The notes under the pieces are model-generated. The model was not told the DNA's origin. It did no database searches and saw only the letters and a program-made list of their open reading frames with translations. 64,000 nt of DNA from an uncultured Barnesiella sp. (GTDB lineage Bacteria > Bacteroidota > Bacteroidia > Bacteroidales > Barnesiellaceae_A). Shown here one piece after another: positions 19,912 through 29,666 of the stretch; the stretch's first letter is position 1; each line of letters opens with the position of its first letter. The position numbers were made by a program, and so were the translations under genes. The stretch lies in NCBI GenBank assembly GCA_944321085.1, contig CALUJY010000005.1, positions 120,570 to 184,569 on the forward strand, given 5' to 3'.

Positions 19912-20790
19912 ATGATACTGGATTATATAACGTGGAGCGTGCATCCTGCCATATACGACGGGTTTGTAGAGATACGCTGGTACGGATTGTTTTTTGTGAT
20001 AGGTTTTGCCTTCGGATACTATTTGGTAGGCAAGATGTTTAAGCACGAGGGTAAGCCCGAGTCGTGGCTCGATGTGTTGTTGCTCTATCTTTTCATAGCC
20101 ACGCTGGTAGGCGCGCGCCTCGGACATTGCCTCTTCTATCAGTGGGACTATTACTCGCAACACCCCGTAGAGATACTGAAAGTATGGGAAGGAGGCCTTG
20201 CCAGCCACGGCGGTGCCATAGGTATCATTATAGCCATGTGGATATTTTCGCGGCGCGTGACGCACGAAAATATTTTATGGATATTAGACCGCATTGTCGT
20301 CCCCATTGCATTTGTGGGTATGCTCATACGTTTGGGCAACCTTATGAATCATGAAATATACGGTCATGCCACCGACGTGCCATGGGCTTTTTGTTTTATT
20401 CTCAATCTGCGTGAGTGGGAGCAAGGGGCTGCACCGATATACAGCGCACCGTCGCATCCCACACAACTCTATGAGGCAGGAGCTTACTTACTGCTTTTCG
20501 TATTGCTCATGTATATGTATTGGCGGCGACATGCCGAGCAGCGTCCCGGTTTGATGTTGGGTGTATTTTTTATCGGCACATTCCTGTCGCGTTTCTTTAT
20601 AGAGTTCGTAAAGAACGACCAAGTGGCATTTGAGGCCGGTATGACATTGAACATGGGGCAATGGCTCAGCATACCCTTTGTAATTGCCGGTATTTGGTTG
20701 GTGGTGCGAGCCATGCGTCGCCCGCCTGTTCCCATACGATATACCGATGACAAAAGTAAGCTGGTAACTAAAAAACATGATATGCAGTAG
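19912..20790 (+). CDS. lgt: Prolipoprotein diacylglyceryl transferase
   Basis: IRWYGL, GARLGH, WEGGLASHGG, RLGNLMNHEIYG, HPTQLYE. Confidence 0.97.
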   Translation: MILDYITWSVHPAIYDGFVEIRWYGLFFVIGFAFGYYLVGKMFKHEGKPESWLDVLLLYLFIATLVGARLGHCLFYQWDYYSQHPVEILKVWEGGLASHGGAIGIIIAMWIFSRRVTHENILWILDRIVVPIAFVGMLIRLGNLMNHEIYGHATDVPWAFCFILNLREWEQGAAPIYSAPSHPTQLYEAGAYLLLFVLLMYMYWRRHAEQRPGLMLGVFFIGTFLSRFFIEFVKNDQVAFEAGMTLNMGQWLSIPFVIAGIWLVVRAMRRPPVPIRYTDDKSKLVTKKHDMQ

Positions 20791-20872
20791 CAGATATTGA
20801 AGAAGTCGAAGTTCGGATTTCGTGAAGATGGATTTATTATCTTAATTTTGACCATCCTCATCTACAATACCA

Positions 20873-20913
20873 AGAGCCCTATCATGTTCCCTTTCGGGTG
20901 ATAGGGCTTTTTT
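20873..20913 (+). terminator. Intrinsic terminator after lgt
   Basis: AGAGCCCTATCA...TGATAGGGCTTT plus T-run. Confidence 0.75.
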
Positions 20914-21126
20914 ATGTATTCTCTATAATCCGTATTTATAGGATGCAAAGTTTCGTTTGGGCGCACCCTCTGCCCTTTATAAAAATAAATTCGGGTTGTA
21001 TATTTTGTCGGGTAGCTGTTTTACGGCATAGTATCCGGCGTGCACATCTTTTGTGTTGGCAGCTTCTTGTTGCATGACAGCCCGATGGGAAATTCCTTAT
21101 ATATAGGTCTTCCGGTGTAAGAAGCC

Positions 21127-23691
21127 TTAGAACGAAGCATGCAAGGCAATGCGTACGCCACCCAGATTGGCGCCCGGGGTATCGCGGTAGGTAACGCGGA
21201 AAACGTATTCTATGCGCAATATGGTAAGTATATTGTCGATACCTACACTTACCTCCATATAAGGCATGTTGGTCATGCGTTTCACGTTCCATGAGTCATT
21301 GAAAGCGAAGAGGCCGCTCGTTTCGGGATGGAAATTGGCATCGTTGATGGTACCGTACATACCGCGGAAAGAGACGACTTCACGGAAATGAAGAGCATTT
21401 AGGAACGGGATGTGGTTGAACAAAAGCCCATTGGCAAAATAGGTGAGGTCCCACGATATGTATTGGTCGAAAAGAAACTCCATCGGTGTGAGCAAAGAAT
21501 ATGACTCGGGCTGTATCGTGTATGACATGTTGGCGTAGGGGATGATAAGCAGGGGATAGGGTACTTCGTCCCATACCTTACCGGCCTTGACGATAATATC
21601 TGTATAGCCGAATTTCGAGAGGTGAAATCGTTTGCTGGCAGCTATCTCGGTGTGGTTGTAGTTATAGTCGCTGAGAAATCCTTTGTGAGCGAAAACGTGT
21701 CGCAGCGTGAATACCGGGGCATCGTCGGTTACCGAATAGCGTTCGCCATAAGCCGTGTAATACTTCTCGAAAGGCGAGTAGCGAAGGCATATTTCGGCCA
21801 TAGTTTGGCTGAATGAGTTGAGCGAAGTAATAGAACCGTCTGCATTATAGCGGTTGAAAGGCATGTAAACGGTACTTTCCTGCCGTTCGTTACGCAATCC
21901 TAATTCGAAGGAGAAGCCACCGTCGAACTCGTGTTTGTAGGTTACGCCGCAAGAACGCTGGTAGGTGGCATTGAAGTCGGGTGCGCGACGCAGCGAGAGC
22001 ACGAAATTGTCTTTGCTCGTGTGCAGATATTTTTGCGACAAATAGTTGACGTCGTAGTCGTAGAAAGCCTTTATGGAGCGTATGGGATACTCCATCGGAT
22101 TTTTTTTCTTTTTGTTGAACGAGTATTCGAGCGAACCTCCGTATTTGAATTTCTCGTCGCCAAAACCGTACCCGAAGTAGCCTTTGGCGAAAATCTGGGG
22201 ATGAAGTTTTGCGGTAGTAGTACCGGCAATTTTCAGTCGCAGACCTTCTACGCTGTTGCCGCTGATAAATGAGTTTACCGGTCCGAAGTCGAATCGGCTT
22301 TCGTCGGCATCGGCGTTGGTATGTATATATCCCGAGAAGAGGATACCGATGATGCGGGTTGTCCACTTGACAAAGGGTTTCTCTTTGAGGCGGTCAACGA
22401 TTTCCGAAACGGCATCTTCTTGCTGTTTGATGGGGATAGTACGGTGCTGAGCCCAAAACTCATCATTATGTTTTTCTGCCGAGGGCAGTGTTATCTCGCG
22501 CGTTTTCATGTCGAAGACGTCGGCATTCAGTGGCGGGTCAAACGAGAAGTTGCTGTAATCGATAGTACGCCGGGCATACAATCCGGCCGTACCCGGATAG
22601 AGCCTGAATTCGGCAACGATGTCATCTCTTACCTTGATACGTCTCCCCACAGAGTCTCTCTTGTAGTCCTGTTGCAGGTACATGCGATCAACGTAATTCA
22701 TGTTGATGTTGCGCGGGATGCTGTATTTGGCGCGTTTGATGAAGTATGACGAGTCTTCATATACTACGTAGAGATGTCCGGCAAAACCGAATGACTCGGA
22801 ATTATACGGTGCAAAACCAAAGTCGATACATCGTTCGCCTTCTATATCGAGAGTGTCTAAAAGATAATATTTGTAGAAAGAGACACCATAATGCGACAGC
22901 GGGCTTACAAAACGTTGCTCGAAGAGTGCAATATCGTTTTTGAAAAGATCTACCTCTTGGAACATTTGGTTGAGGTAGGTCTGCACATTCTCTTGGTCGA
23001 TAAAGTCGTCGAGTCCGGCGCGGTTGATGGCATAAATGACATCCCGTTCGGTACGTGGCTCTTTACGGTAATAATAGTCTATGATACGCTCTTTGAGCGA
23101 GAAATTAAGGATAGGCTTCCCCGTCACGTCCGACGTGTCGGTGTAGTCGAAGAGATATGGAGTGCTTTTGAAGAGGGCATGCGAGCGTTTGTCTTCGGTA
23201 AATTCGTCGTAAGCGATGGTAATCTTTTCGTATTTGGTATATGAAAAGAAATCGTTTTGCAGCGGGTCGCCTGTCTCGCGTCGGTCTATCAGTTTACGGG
23301 CAAATTCTACGGCAGGGTTGTTTTTCTTGCTGTATTTCTCCTTCTTGGGCTTTACGATAACCTCATTGAGAGTGATGTACGACGGCACCATTTTGATGTC
23401 GAGCTTGTTGATGCTGCCGAGTTCTACGGGAATATCTAATGTCTTGTATCCGAGAGTAGAGACTCGCACGTGTGAAAAGTCAACGCGTACAGTAATTGAA
23501 AAGTTGCCGTCGAGGTCGGTACGTGTACCACGGTCGGAGCCCATCAGAAAAATCGATGCATAAGGGATGGGCTCGTTTGTAAGCGAGTCGGTTATTGTGC
23601 CTCTGACAGTGGTTAGTGGTTGCGCCGACAGCGAGAGGGGTAAAAGAAGCAATATAAAAATTATATATATTCGCGTTCGCTTTACAGCCAT
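21127..23691 (-). CDS. DUF5686 / carboxypeptidase-regulatory-like domain outer-membrane protein
   Basis: Signal peptide, N-terminal VRGTITDSLTNEPIPYASI..TDLDGNF, KKEKYSKKNNPAVE, C-terminal barrel ending in Phe. Confidence 0.85.
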   Translation of the reverse strand: MAVKRTRIYIIFILLLLPLSLSAQPLTTVRGTITDSLTNEPIPYASIFLMGSDRGTRTDLDGNFSITVRVDFSHVRVSTLGYKTLDIPVELGSINKLDIKMVPSYITLNEVIVKPKKEKYSKKNNPAVEFARKLIDRRETGDPLQNDFFSYTKYEKITIAYDEFTEDKRSHALFKSTPYLFDYTDTSDVTGKPILNFSLKERIIDYYYRKEPRTERDVIYAINRAGLDDFIDQENVQTYLNQMFQEVDLFKNDIALFEQRFVSPLSHYGVSFYKYYLLDTLDIEGERCIDFGFAPYNSESFGFAGHLYVVYEDSSYFIKRAKYSIPRNINMNYVDRMYLQQDYKRDSVGRRIKVRDDIVAEFRLYPGTAGLYARRTIDYSNFSFDPPLNADVFDMKTREITLPSAEKHNDEFWAQHRTIPIKQQEDAVSEIVDRLKEKPFVKWTTRIIGILFSGYIHTNADADESRFDFGPVNSFISGNSVEGLRLKIAGTTTAKLHPQIFAKGYFGYGFGDEKFKYGGSLEYSFNKKKKNPMEYPIRSIKAFYDYDVNYLSQKYLHTSKDNFVLSLRRAPDFNATYQRSCGVTYKHEFDGGFSFELGLRNERQESTVYMPFNRYNADGSITSLNSFSQTMAEICLRYSPFEKYYTAYGERYSVTDDAPVFTLRHVFAHKGFLSDYNYNHTEIAASKRFHLSKFGYTDIIVKAGKVWDEVPYPLLIIPYANMSYTIQPESYSLLTPMEFLFDQYISWDLTYFANGLLFNHIPFLNALHFREVVSFRGMYGTINDANFHPETSGLFAFNDSWNVKRMTNMPYMEVSVGIDNILTILRIEYVFRVTYRDTPGANLGGVRIALHASF

Positions 23692-23913
23692 GAAATGCGG
23701 AAAAACTTGTTATACAATATGTTACCGTATCAACGGGCTTGCGCTCCGGAGTGGAAAACAGCTGCAAAGTTAATTATTTAACCATTTCAAAACGAATAAC
23801 CGGACTTATGTTTTGTCGTTTTATATTTTTTTGGAAAATCAAAGAAGGAAAAGTGCCTCATAGCATGCCGAAAAATATTATATTGCGAAAAATTTTATAA
23901 ATTATCAGACATT

Positions 23914-24396
23914 ATGGCAACCGAAATAGAACATAAATATAAGGTGTTGAGTGATAGTTATCTAACGGGATATACGTCGGCACAGTATTTCAGGCAGGGT
24001 TATCTGACTGTCGAGAAGGATTGTGTGGTGCGCGTACGTATTGCGGGCAAAAAGGCGTATCTTACCATCAAAGGTAAAAATCGCGGTTGCAGTAGGGTGG
24101 AGTATGAGCTACCCATAGACCTTATGACTGCACAATCGATGCTCGATAACTTGTGTCATACACCTATCATCGAGAAAACCCGTTATATCTATTTTTATGC
24201 CGGCCATAAATGGGAGATAGACCGTTTTCACGGTGCGAACGAAGGTCTTGTTGTGGCTGAGATAGAGTTGCAGAGTGAGCAGGAACTCTACGAATTGCCT
24301 CCCTTTGTGGGTGACAATGTAACGGGAATTCCCCGGTATTACAATTCGTGTCTTGCCGAGCATCCCTATTCCGCTTGGGATGACGCCGATAAATAG
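23914..24396 (+). CDS. CYTH domain protein (triphosphate tunnel metalloenzyme)
   Basis: EIEHKY, QGYL, VRVRI, LTIKG, IEKTRY, WEID, VAEIEL. Confidence 0.92.
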   Translation: MATEIEHKYKVLSDSYLTGYTSAQYFRQGYLTVEKDCVVRVRIAGKKAYLTIKGKNRGCSRVEYELPIDLMTAQSMLDNLCHTPIIEKTRYIYFYAGHKWEIDRFHGANEGLVVAEIELQSEQELYELPPFVGDNVTGIPRYYNSCLAEHPYSAWDDADK

Positions 24397-24521
24397 CGTG
24401 TTGTAGGGTGAAACAGAGGCCGTACCTTGTGAAAAACAGAATATCGAAAAAATTTTTTCGGGAAAATGCTGTTTGAAAAGAAAAAATAGTTACTTTTGCA
24501 CTCGCAAAGCAAAACTGCGAA

Positions 24522-24608
24522 GGAAAGATGCCGGAGTGGTCGATCGGGACGGTCTCGAAAACCGTTGTACGGGTAACTGTACCGAGGGTTCGAATCCCTC
24601 TCTTTCCG
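24522..24608 (+). tRNA. tRNA-Ser(CGA)
   Basis: Acceptor stem GGAAAGA/TCTTTCC, anticodon arm ACGGT-CTCGAAA-ACCGT, long variable arm, GGTTCGAATCC, discriminator G; CCA not encoded; TACTTTTG -7 box at 24491. Confidence 0.96.
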
Positions 24609-24615
24609 CAAAGAC

Positions 24616-24655
24616 AAAAAGAGAAGCACTGCAATGGCGGTGCTTCTCTTTTTTT
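24616..24655. terminator. Bidirectional terminator between tRNA-Ser and flavodoxin
   Basis: A5-GAGAAGCACTGC-AATG-GCGGTGCTTCTC-T7. Confidence 0.85.
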
Positions 24656-24683
24656 ATTGACATTCCCGACAAACGGGTGGGGC

Positions 24684-25241
24684 TTATAATTTCTCTATCC
24701 ACTCTTTTATGGTGCTGCGGTTGGCATGATTCAGCAATCTGCCTTTTTCCCAATGCAAATCGGGGTACTCTTTCTTCAAGGCAGCCACACTGTTGCCAAT
24801 GCCGCTGCTTCCCGACGTGGCAAACGGGATGAGAACTTTTCCTGCTAAGTTGTGGCTTTCGATAAATGTATTGACAGCCCTCGGTGCAAGGTCCCACCAA
24901 ATAGGATAACCGATAAAGATGGTATCATAATCGGCTATATTCTCTTTATCGGCTTTTATGGCCGGGCGGGATTGCGGGTCGCTCATCTCTACCGAGCTGC
25001 GCGATTGCGGGTTGTTCCAGTTGAGGTCTGCATCCGAATACGGCGTTTGCGGGTCGATTCTGAAAAGTTTGCCGCCGGTTACATCGGCAATTTCATGCGC
25101 AACGCGTGCTGTTGTGCCGGTTGCCGAGAAATAGGCAACCAAAGTTCGTTGAGTATTCATATCGGTTCTTCCTTCTTTTTGTGCGCAGGCCGTGACACAT
25201 ATCGATGCCACAGCCGCAACAGTTAATAGAAAATGTTTCAT
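24684..25241 (-). CDS. Flavodoxin-like protein with N-terminal lipoprotein-type signal
   Basis: MKHFLLTVAAVASICVTAC, then LVAYFSATGTT, IGYPIWW, PFATSGSS; start trimmed to ATG 25241. Confidence 0.88.
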   Translation of the reverse strand: MKHFLLTVAAVASICVTACAQKEGRTDMNTQRTLVAYFSATGTTARVAHEIADVTGGKLFRIDPQTPYSDADLNWNNPQSRSSVEMSDPQSRPAIKADKENIADYDTIFIGYPIWWDLAPRAVNTFIESHNLAGKVLIPFATSGSSGIGNSVAALKKEYPDLHWEKGRLLNHANRSTIKEWIEKL

Positions 25242-25413
25242 ATAGGTTGTTTTTATGAGAAAATAAGTATTTCGCAAGACACCCCGTTTTGTCGTGTATC
25301 TTTGTATGCAAAAATAGTGCTTTTCTTGTGTTGTGACGATAGTGTTATTACGGATGCTTTTACCTCGATTACTTATTTTTACTTTCAGCTCTCTTGCAGC
25401 GTTTCTCGATAAG

Positions 25414-26550
25414 TTATGCCTTCTCGTCGATATGGAAAAGGTCGGCGATGATGCTGTCGGAGATAAAAATGCCGCGTCGTGCAATGCGTAAGTAGGGCGC
25501 ATCGTACTCCATGCAACCTTGTCGTAGGTAGGGCGTTGCCTGTCGTAGCAGATAACGTGACAGCTTGTCGCCGAAAGAGGTTCTTACCGTGTCGCAATTT
25601 ATGCCGCGTCGCGTGCGCAGGCGGGTAAGCAGCATGTCATTGAAGCGGTCGTCGGTCGAGAGATGCTCTTCTGCATAGCAGCATCGGTGCGCCTCCATGC
25701 TCTTGATATATAGCATAGTGTCTTGTGGATTGTAACGGCGGCATAAACCGTCGTAGCTGTGAGCGGCAGCTCCCAAACCGAGGTACGGGATATTTTGCCA
25801 ATACGATGAGTTGTGGCGTGAGTGGTATCCCGGTAGTGCGAAGTTCGATATTTCATATTGTTCGAATCCGGCAGCTTGCAGTCGGTCTATCAGCGTTTCG
25901 TACATAGCAAGCGACAGTTCATCGTCGCACTCTTTTACTGAACCGTTTTGTCGGAGGGTATATAAGGCAGTCCCCTCTTCGTATGTGAGGGCGTATGCCG
26001 ATATGTGCTGTATGCCCAAGGCGATAGCGGTGTCGATGTTGCGTTGCCACTGCTCCAAGGTCTGTCCGGGCAATGCGTATATGAGGTCGATGCTGATGTT
26101 TCCGAACCCGGCTTTTTGGCATCGTTTTACGGCGTCGATAGCTGCTTGCGAAGTATGTCGGCGTCGTAGAAAACGGAGGTCGGTATCGCTGAAACTTTGT
26201 ACACCCATGCTGATGCGGTTGATGGGCAGTTGTGTGAGAGCCTCTATATATATAGATGTAAGGTCGTCGGGGTTGCACTCGATGGTCGTTTCGGTGCAGT
26301 CTCCTATCTCTATGTGGCGTGCTATGCCCGAGAAGAGCCTGTGCAGCAAGGCCGGCGACAGTTGTGAGGGTGTCCCTCCTCCTAAATAAAGGGTTTCTGT
26401 TGCCGAGGGCAGCTCATGGGCGCGCATGGAGGCCTCGATGCACAATGCCTCGACGTATCGTTCTTGCAGCGATGCGTCGGTACCCGAGTGAAAGTCGCAA
26501 TAGATGCAACGGGTACGACAGAATGGAATATGTAGGTACAGTGCGCTCAT
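25414..26550 (-). CDS. hemW: Radical SAM heme chaperone HemW (HemN-like)
   Basis: LYLHIPFCRTRCIYCDF, YLGGGTPS, RISMGVQSF, YEISNFA, HNSSYW; -7 box at 26567-26574 (- strand). Confidence 0.93.
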   Translation of the reverse strand: MSALYLHIPFCRTRCIYCDFHSGTDASLQERYVEALCIEASMRAHELPSATETLYLGGGTPSQLSPALLHRLFSGIARHIEIGDCTETTIECNPDDLTSIYIEALTQLPINRISMGVQSFSDTDLRFLRRRHTSQAAIDAVKRCQKAGFGNISIDLIYALPGQTLEQWQRNIDTAIALGIQHISAYALTYEEGTALYTLRQNGSVKECDDELSLAMYETLIDRLQAAGFEQYEISNFALPGYHSRHNSSYWQNIPYLGLGAAAHSYDGLCRRYNPQDTMLYIKSMEAHRCCYAEEHLSTDDRFNDMLLTRLRTRRGINCDTVRTSFGDKLSRYLLRQATPYLRQGCMEYDAPYLRIARRGIFISDSIIADLFHIDEKA

Positions 26551-27126
26551 ATAGGTAGAGGTATTGCAAAGGTAATGTATAACGGCCGAATGTGGAAGAG
26601 AGTTATGCCATGGCGGCGAAAAAAGAGAAAAAACAGTCGGCAAGTTTTATATTCTGCTCGTCATGCACTATCTTTGTAATGCCTACCGCGGTAGGATATT
26701 TGTTTTACAGAGGCGTTTGCCTTATCCTTGACACCGAAATTCGCCAAATTTTCTATTCCGAGGATGATGCGACACGCCTGCACTTGATGTTTGTTGTATC
26801 TCTGCGCCCGCTGTGCGGTTGCAGGGTACAATAAGTATAAGCGTGGGTATTGTGGTCGATTCGGAATACGGTGTTTGGCGATACCGGGTGTCAGATTGGC
26901 AACAGTTCCCACGTCTCATGAGTGCATGCGCCCGCACGGGAACAAGGGCAAAAACAAAACAAGATGAAGCAGATAGAGAGTGTCATTGCCTGTGTTTTTT
27001 ACGCTTTATGTGCTGTCAATGGCAGTTTTGCATGGTGGGTAATATCGGCTACAATATGCTATGAAGCAGTTGTGCGGTTGTGGTTAGGATTGCAAATTGT
27101 CGCTTTTTGTATAGGTGGATGACAAA

Positions 27127-27144
27127 ATATGTTTTCTAACATAT
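27127..27144. promoter_or_regulatory. Cur (BT4338-type CRP-family) binding palindrome upstream of fusA2
   Basis: ATATGTT-TTCT-AACATAT matches TATGTT-N4-AACATA, just upstream of TTTG (27153) and ATAATTTG (27176). Confidence 0.7.
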
Positions 27145-27249
27145 AGGGTAAGTTTGCACAATACATATAAATTATATAATTTGCTGCCGCTTTCGCAAAA
27201 AAGCGACAGCATAAACCAATATATACTTATAACCTTAAAAGCCAATATT

Positions 27250-29406
27250 ATGAAGGTCTATAATTCACAAGAAATCAAAAACATTGCCCTTTTGGGAAGT
27301 AAAGGAGCCGGTAAGACCACTCTCGCTGAAGCTATGCTTTACGAGTGTGGCGTGATAAAACGTAGAGGAAGTGTCGATGCCGGTAACACGGTATCGGATT
27401 ATTTCCCGGTAGAAAAAGAGTATGGCTACTCGGTATTTCCCACGGTATTTTATGCCGAATTCCTCAATAAGAAGCTCAATGTGATAGATTGCCCCGGAGC
27501 CGATGATTTTGTGGGAGGAGCCATTACAGCATTGAGTGTTACCGATACGGGCGTGATAGTGATAGACTCGCAATATGGCGTCGAGGTAGGTACCCAGAAC
27601 ATATTCCGTACTGCCGAGCGGTTGGAGAAACCCGTGATATTTGCCATGAATCAGCTCGACGGCGAGAAAGCCGATTACGATAATTCGATAGAGCAGCTGC
27701 GCGAGCATTTCGGTAATAAGGTGGTACAAGTACAATATCCCCTCTCTTGTGGCCCTACGTTCAATTCTATGATTGACGTACTGTTGATGAAAAAATACAG
27801 CTGGGGTCCCGATGGCGGTGTTCCTACCATATCGGAAATTCCCGAGGAAGAGATGGAAAAGGCCAAAGAACTGAACCAGAAGTTGGTAGAAGCTGCTGCC
27901 GAGAACGACGAGACATTGATGGAAAAATTCTTCGACCAAGGCTCTCTTACAGAAGACGAGATGCGCGAAGGCATCCGTAAAGGTCTTGTTACACGTAGTA
28001 TTTTCCCGGTATTTTGCGTGAGCGCATTACGCGATATGGGCGTACGTCGTATGATGGAGTTCCTCGGCAACGTGGTACCGTTCGTAAACGATATGCCCAA
28101 CCCTGTAACGACCGACGGCGTAGAGGTAGCACCCAATCCCGAGGCTCCTGCAAGCATCTTCGTCTTCAAGACAAGTGTCGAGCCGCATATTGGCGAGGTA
28201 TATTATTTCAAAGTAATGTCGGGTGTGCTGAAAGAGGGCGACGACCTTCAAAATATGAATCGCGGCAGCCGTGAGCGCATGGCGCAAATCTTCTGCGTAT
28301 GCGGGCAGCTGAGAACCAAAGTAGAGCAGCTCGTTGCCGGTGATATAGGTGCCAGCGTGAAGCTGAAAGATGTGCGCACCGGCAATACGCTCAACGAAAA
28401 GGGTTGCGACTATGTATTTGATTTCGTACGCTATCCGGCTCCCAAATTCCAGCGTGCCATTAAACCGCTCAATGAGGCCGATGCCGAGAAACTGAGCGAG
28501 ATATTGACTCGCATGCACGAGGAAGACCCCACATGGGAAGTAGTACAATCGAAAGAGTTGAAACAAACTATCGTGTCGGGACAAGGCGAGTTCCACTTGC
28601 GTACTCTCAAATGGCGTATCGAGAATAACGACAAGTTGCCTATCGAGTTCATCGAACCTCGTATCCCTTACCGCGAGACCATTACCAAGCCCGCACGTGC
28701 CGACTATCGTCATAAAAAACAATCGGGCGGTGCCGGACAGTTCGGCGAGGTACACCTCATCGTAGAACCTTATTATGAGGGAATGCCTGCCCCCGATACC
28801 TATAAATTCGGTAACCAAGAGTATCGCATGAGTGTGCGCGACACACAAACCATCGATTTGGAGTGGGGCGGTAAGTTGGTAGTTGTAAACTGTATCGTAG
28901 GTGGTGCGATAGATGCCCGCTTCATACCTGCCATTGTCAAAGGTTTGATGGACCGCATGGAGCAAGGCCCGCTCACAGGGTCGTATGCCCGTGACGTACG
29001 TGTATGCGTTTACGATGGTAAGATGCACCCGGTGGACTCTAATGAAATATCGTTCCGTTTGGCTGCACGCAATGCTTTCAGCGAGGCATTCCGCAATGCA
29101 GGGCCGAAGATTTTGGAGCCTATCTACGATGTAGAAGTGATGGTTCCCGGTGACAAGATGGGCGATGTTATGAGCGATTTGCAAGGACGTCGTGCTATCA
29201 TCATGGGTATGACGAGCGAAAAGGGCTTCGAGAAAATTTCGGCCAAAGTTCCTTTGAAAGAGATGTCGTCATACTCTACGTCGCTCAGCTCTATTACAGG
29301 CGGACGCTCGTCGTTTACGATGAAATTCGCTTCGTACGAGCTTGTTCCCGGCGACGTACAAGACAAACTGTTGAAGGCTTACCAAGCCGAACAGACCGAA
29401 GAATAA
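27250..29406 (+). CDS. fusA2: Elongation factor G paralogue EF-G2 (718 aa)
   Basis: MKVYNSQEIKNIALLGSKGAGKTT, degenerate switch motifs (YGYSV, DCPGA, NQLD), KKQSGGAGQFGEV, domain IV insert; upstream of rprXY; start trimmed to ATG 27250. Confidence 0.93.
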   Translation: MKVYNSQEIKNIALLGSKGAGKTTLAEAMLYECGVIKRRGSVDAGNTVSDYFPVEKEYGYSVFPTVFYAEFLNKKLNVIDCPGADDFVGGAITALSVTDTGVIVIDSQYGVEVGTQNIFRTAERLEKPVIFAMNQLDGEKADYDNSIEQLREHFGNKVVQVQYPLSCGPTFNSMIDVLLMKKYSWGPDGGVPTISEIPEEEMEKAKELNQKLVEAAAENDETLMEKFFDQGSLTEDEMREGIRKGLVTRSIFPVFCVSALRDMGVRRMMEFLGNVVPFVNDMPNPVTTDGVEVAPNPEAPASIFVFKTSVEPHIGEVYYFKVMSGVLKEGDDLQNMNRGSRERMAQIFCVCGQLRTKVEQLVAGDIGASVKLKDVRTGNTLNEKGCDYVFDFVRYPAPKFQRAIKPLNEADAEKLSEILTRMHEEDPTWEVVQSKELKQTIVSGQGEFHLRTLKWRIENNDKLPIEFIEPRIPYRETITKPARADYRHKKQSGGAGQFGEVHLIVEPYYEGMPAPDTYKFGNQEYRMSVRDTQTIDLEWGGKLVVVNCIVGGAIDARFIPAIVKGLMDRMEQGPLTGSYARDVRVCVYDGKMHPVDSNEISFRLAARNAFSEAFRNAGPKILEPIYDVEVMVPGDKMGDVMSDLQGRRAIIMGMTSEKGFEKISAKVPLKEMSSYSTSLSSITGGRSSFTMKFASYELVPGDVQDKLLKAYQAEQTEE

Positions 29407-29474
29407 CCTTCTTGCGTCACTTTGAGTAAAGTATCAAAGTGGCGCATTGAAGTTAAATACAAGGTTAAATAATC

Positions 29475-29509
29475 AAAAAATGCCGCTTTTTTTTAAGGCG
29501 GCATTTTTG
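29475..29509 (+). terminator. Terminator after fusA2, preceded by a second hairpin at 29413-29446
   Basis: AAAAATGCCGC...GCGGCATTTTT; upstream TGCGTCACTTTGA/TCAAAGTGGCGCA. Confidence 0.75.
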
Positions 29510-29666
29510 TTGTTAAACATTCATTTGTTAATTTTGCAGAGTAATGTTAATGGAGAGCGTGCGCAGCTTTTACCATTTGTAAACATAACTACTAAATAGT
29601 TTGTTTATTTCATAAAAATCGGCGTGCATACTCCTATGGCAAAAGGTAAAAAAAGGAAGTGAAAGC

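Noticed and set aside
25242-25502. N-terminal extensions given in the ORF track (flavodoxin here; also hemW, fusA2, mdh, pstS, the glycosidase, HAD)
   Set aside because: The extensions cross TAnnTTTG promoter boxes and precede the point where family homology or the signal peptide begins, so the starts were trimmed.
29452-29532. GTTAA repeats upstream of rprX as a possible RprY autoregulatory site
   Set aside because: Irregular spacing in AT-rich sequence; could easily be chance.
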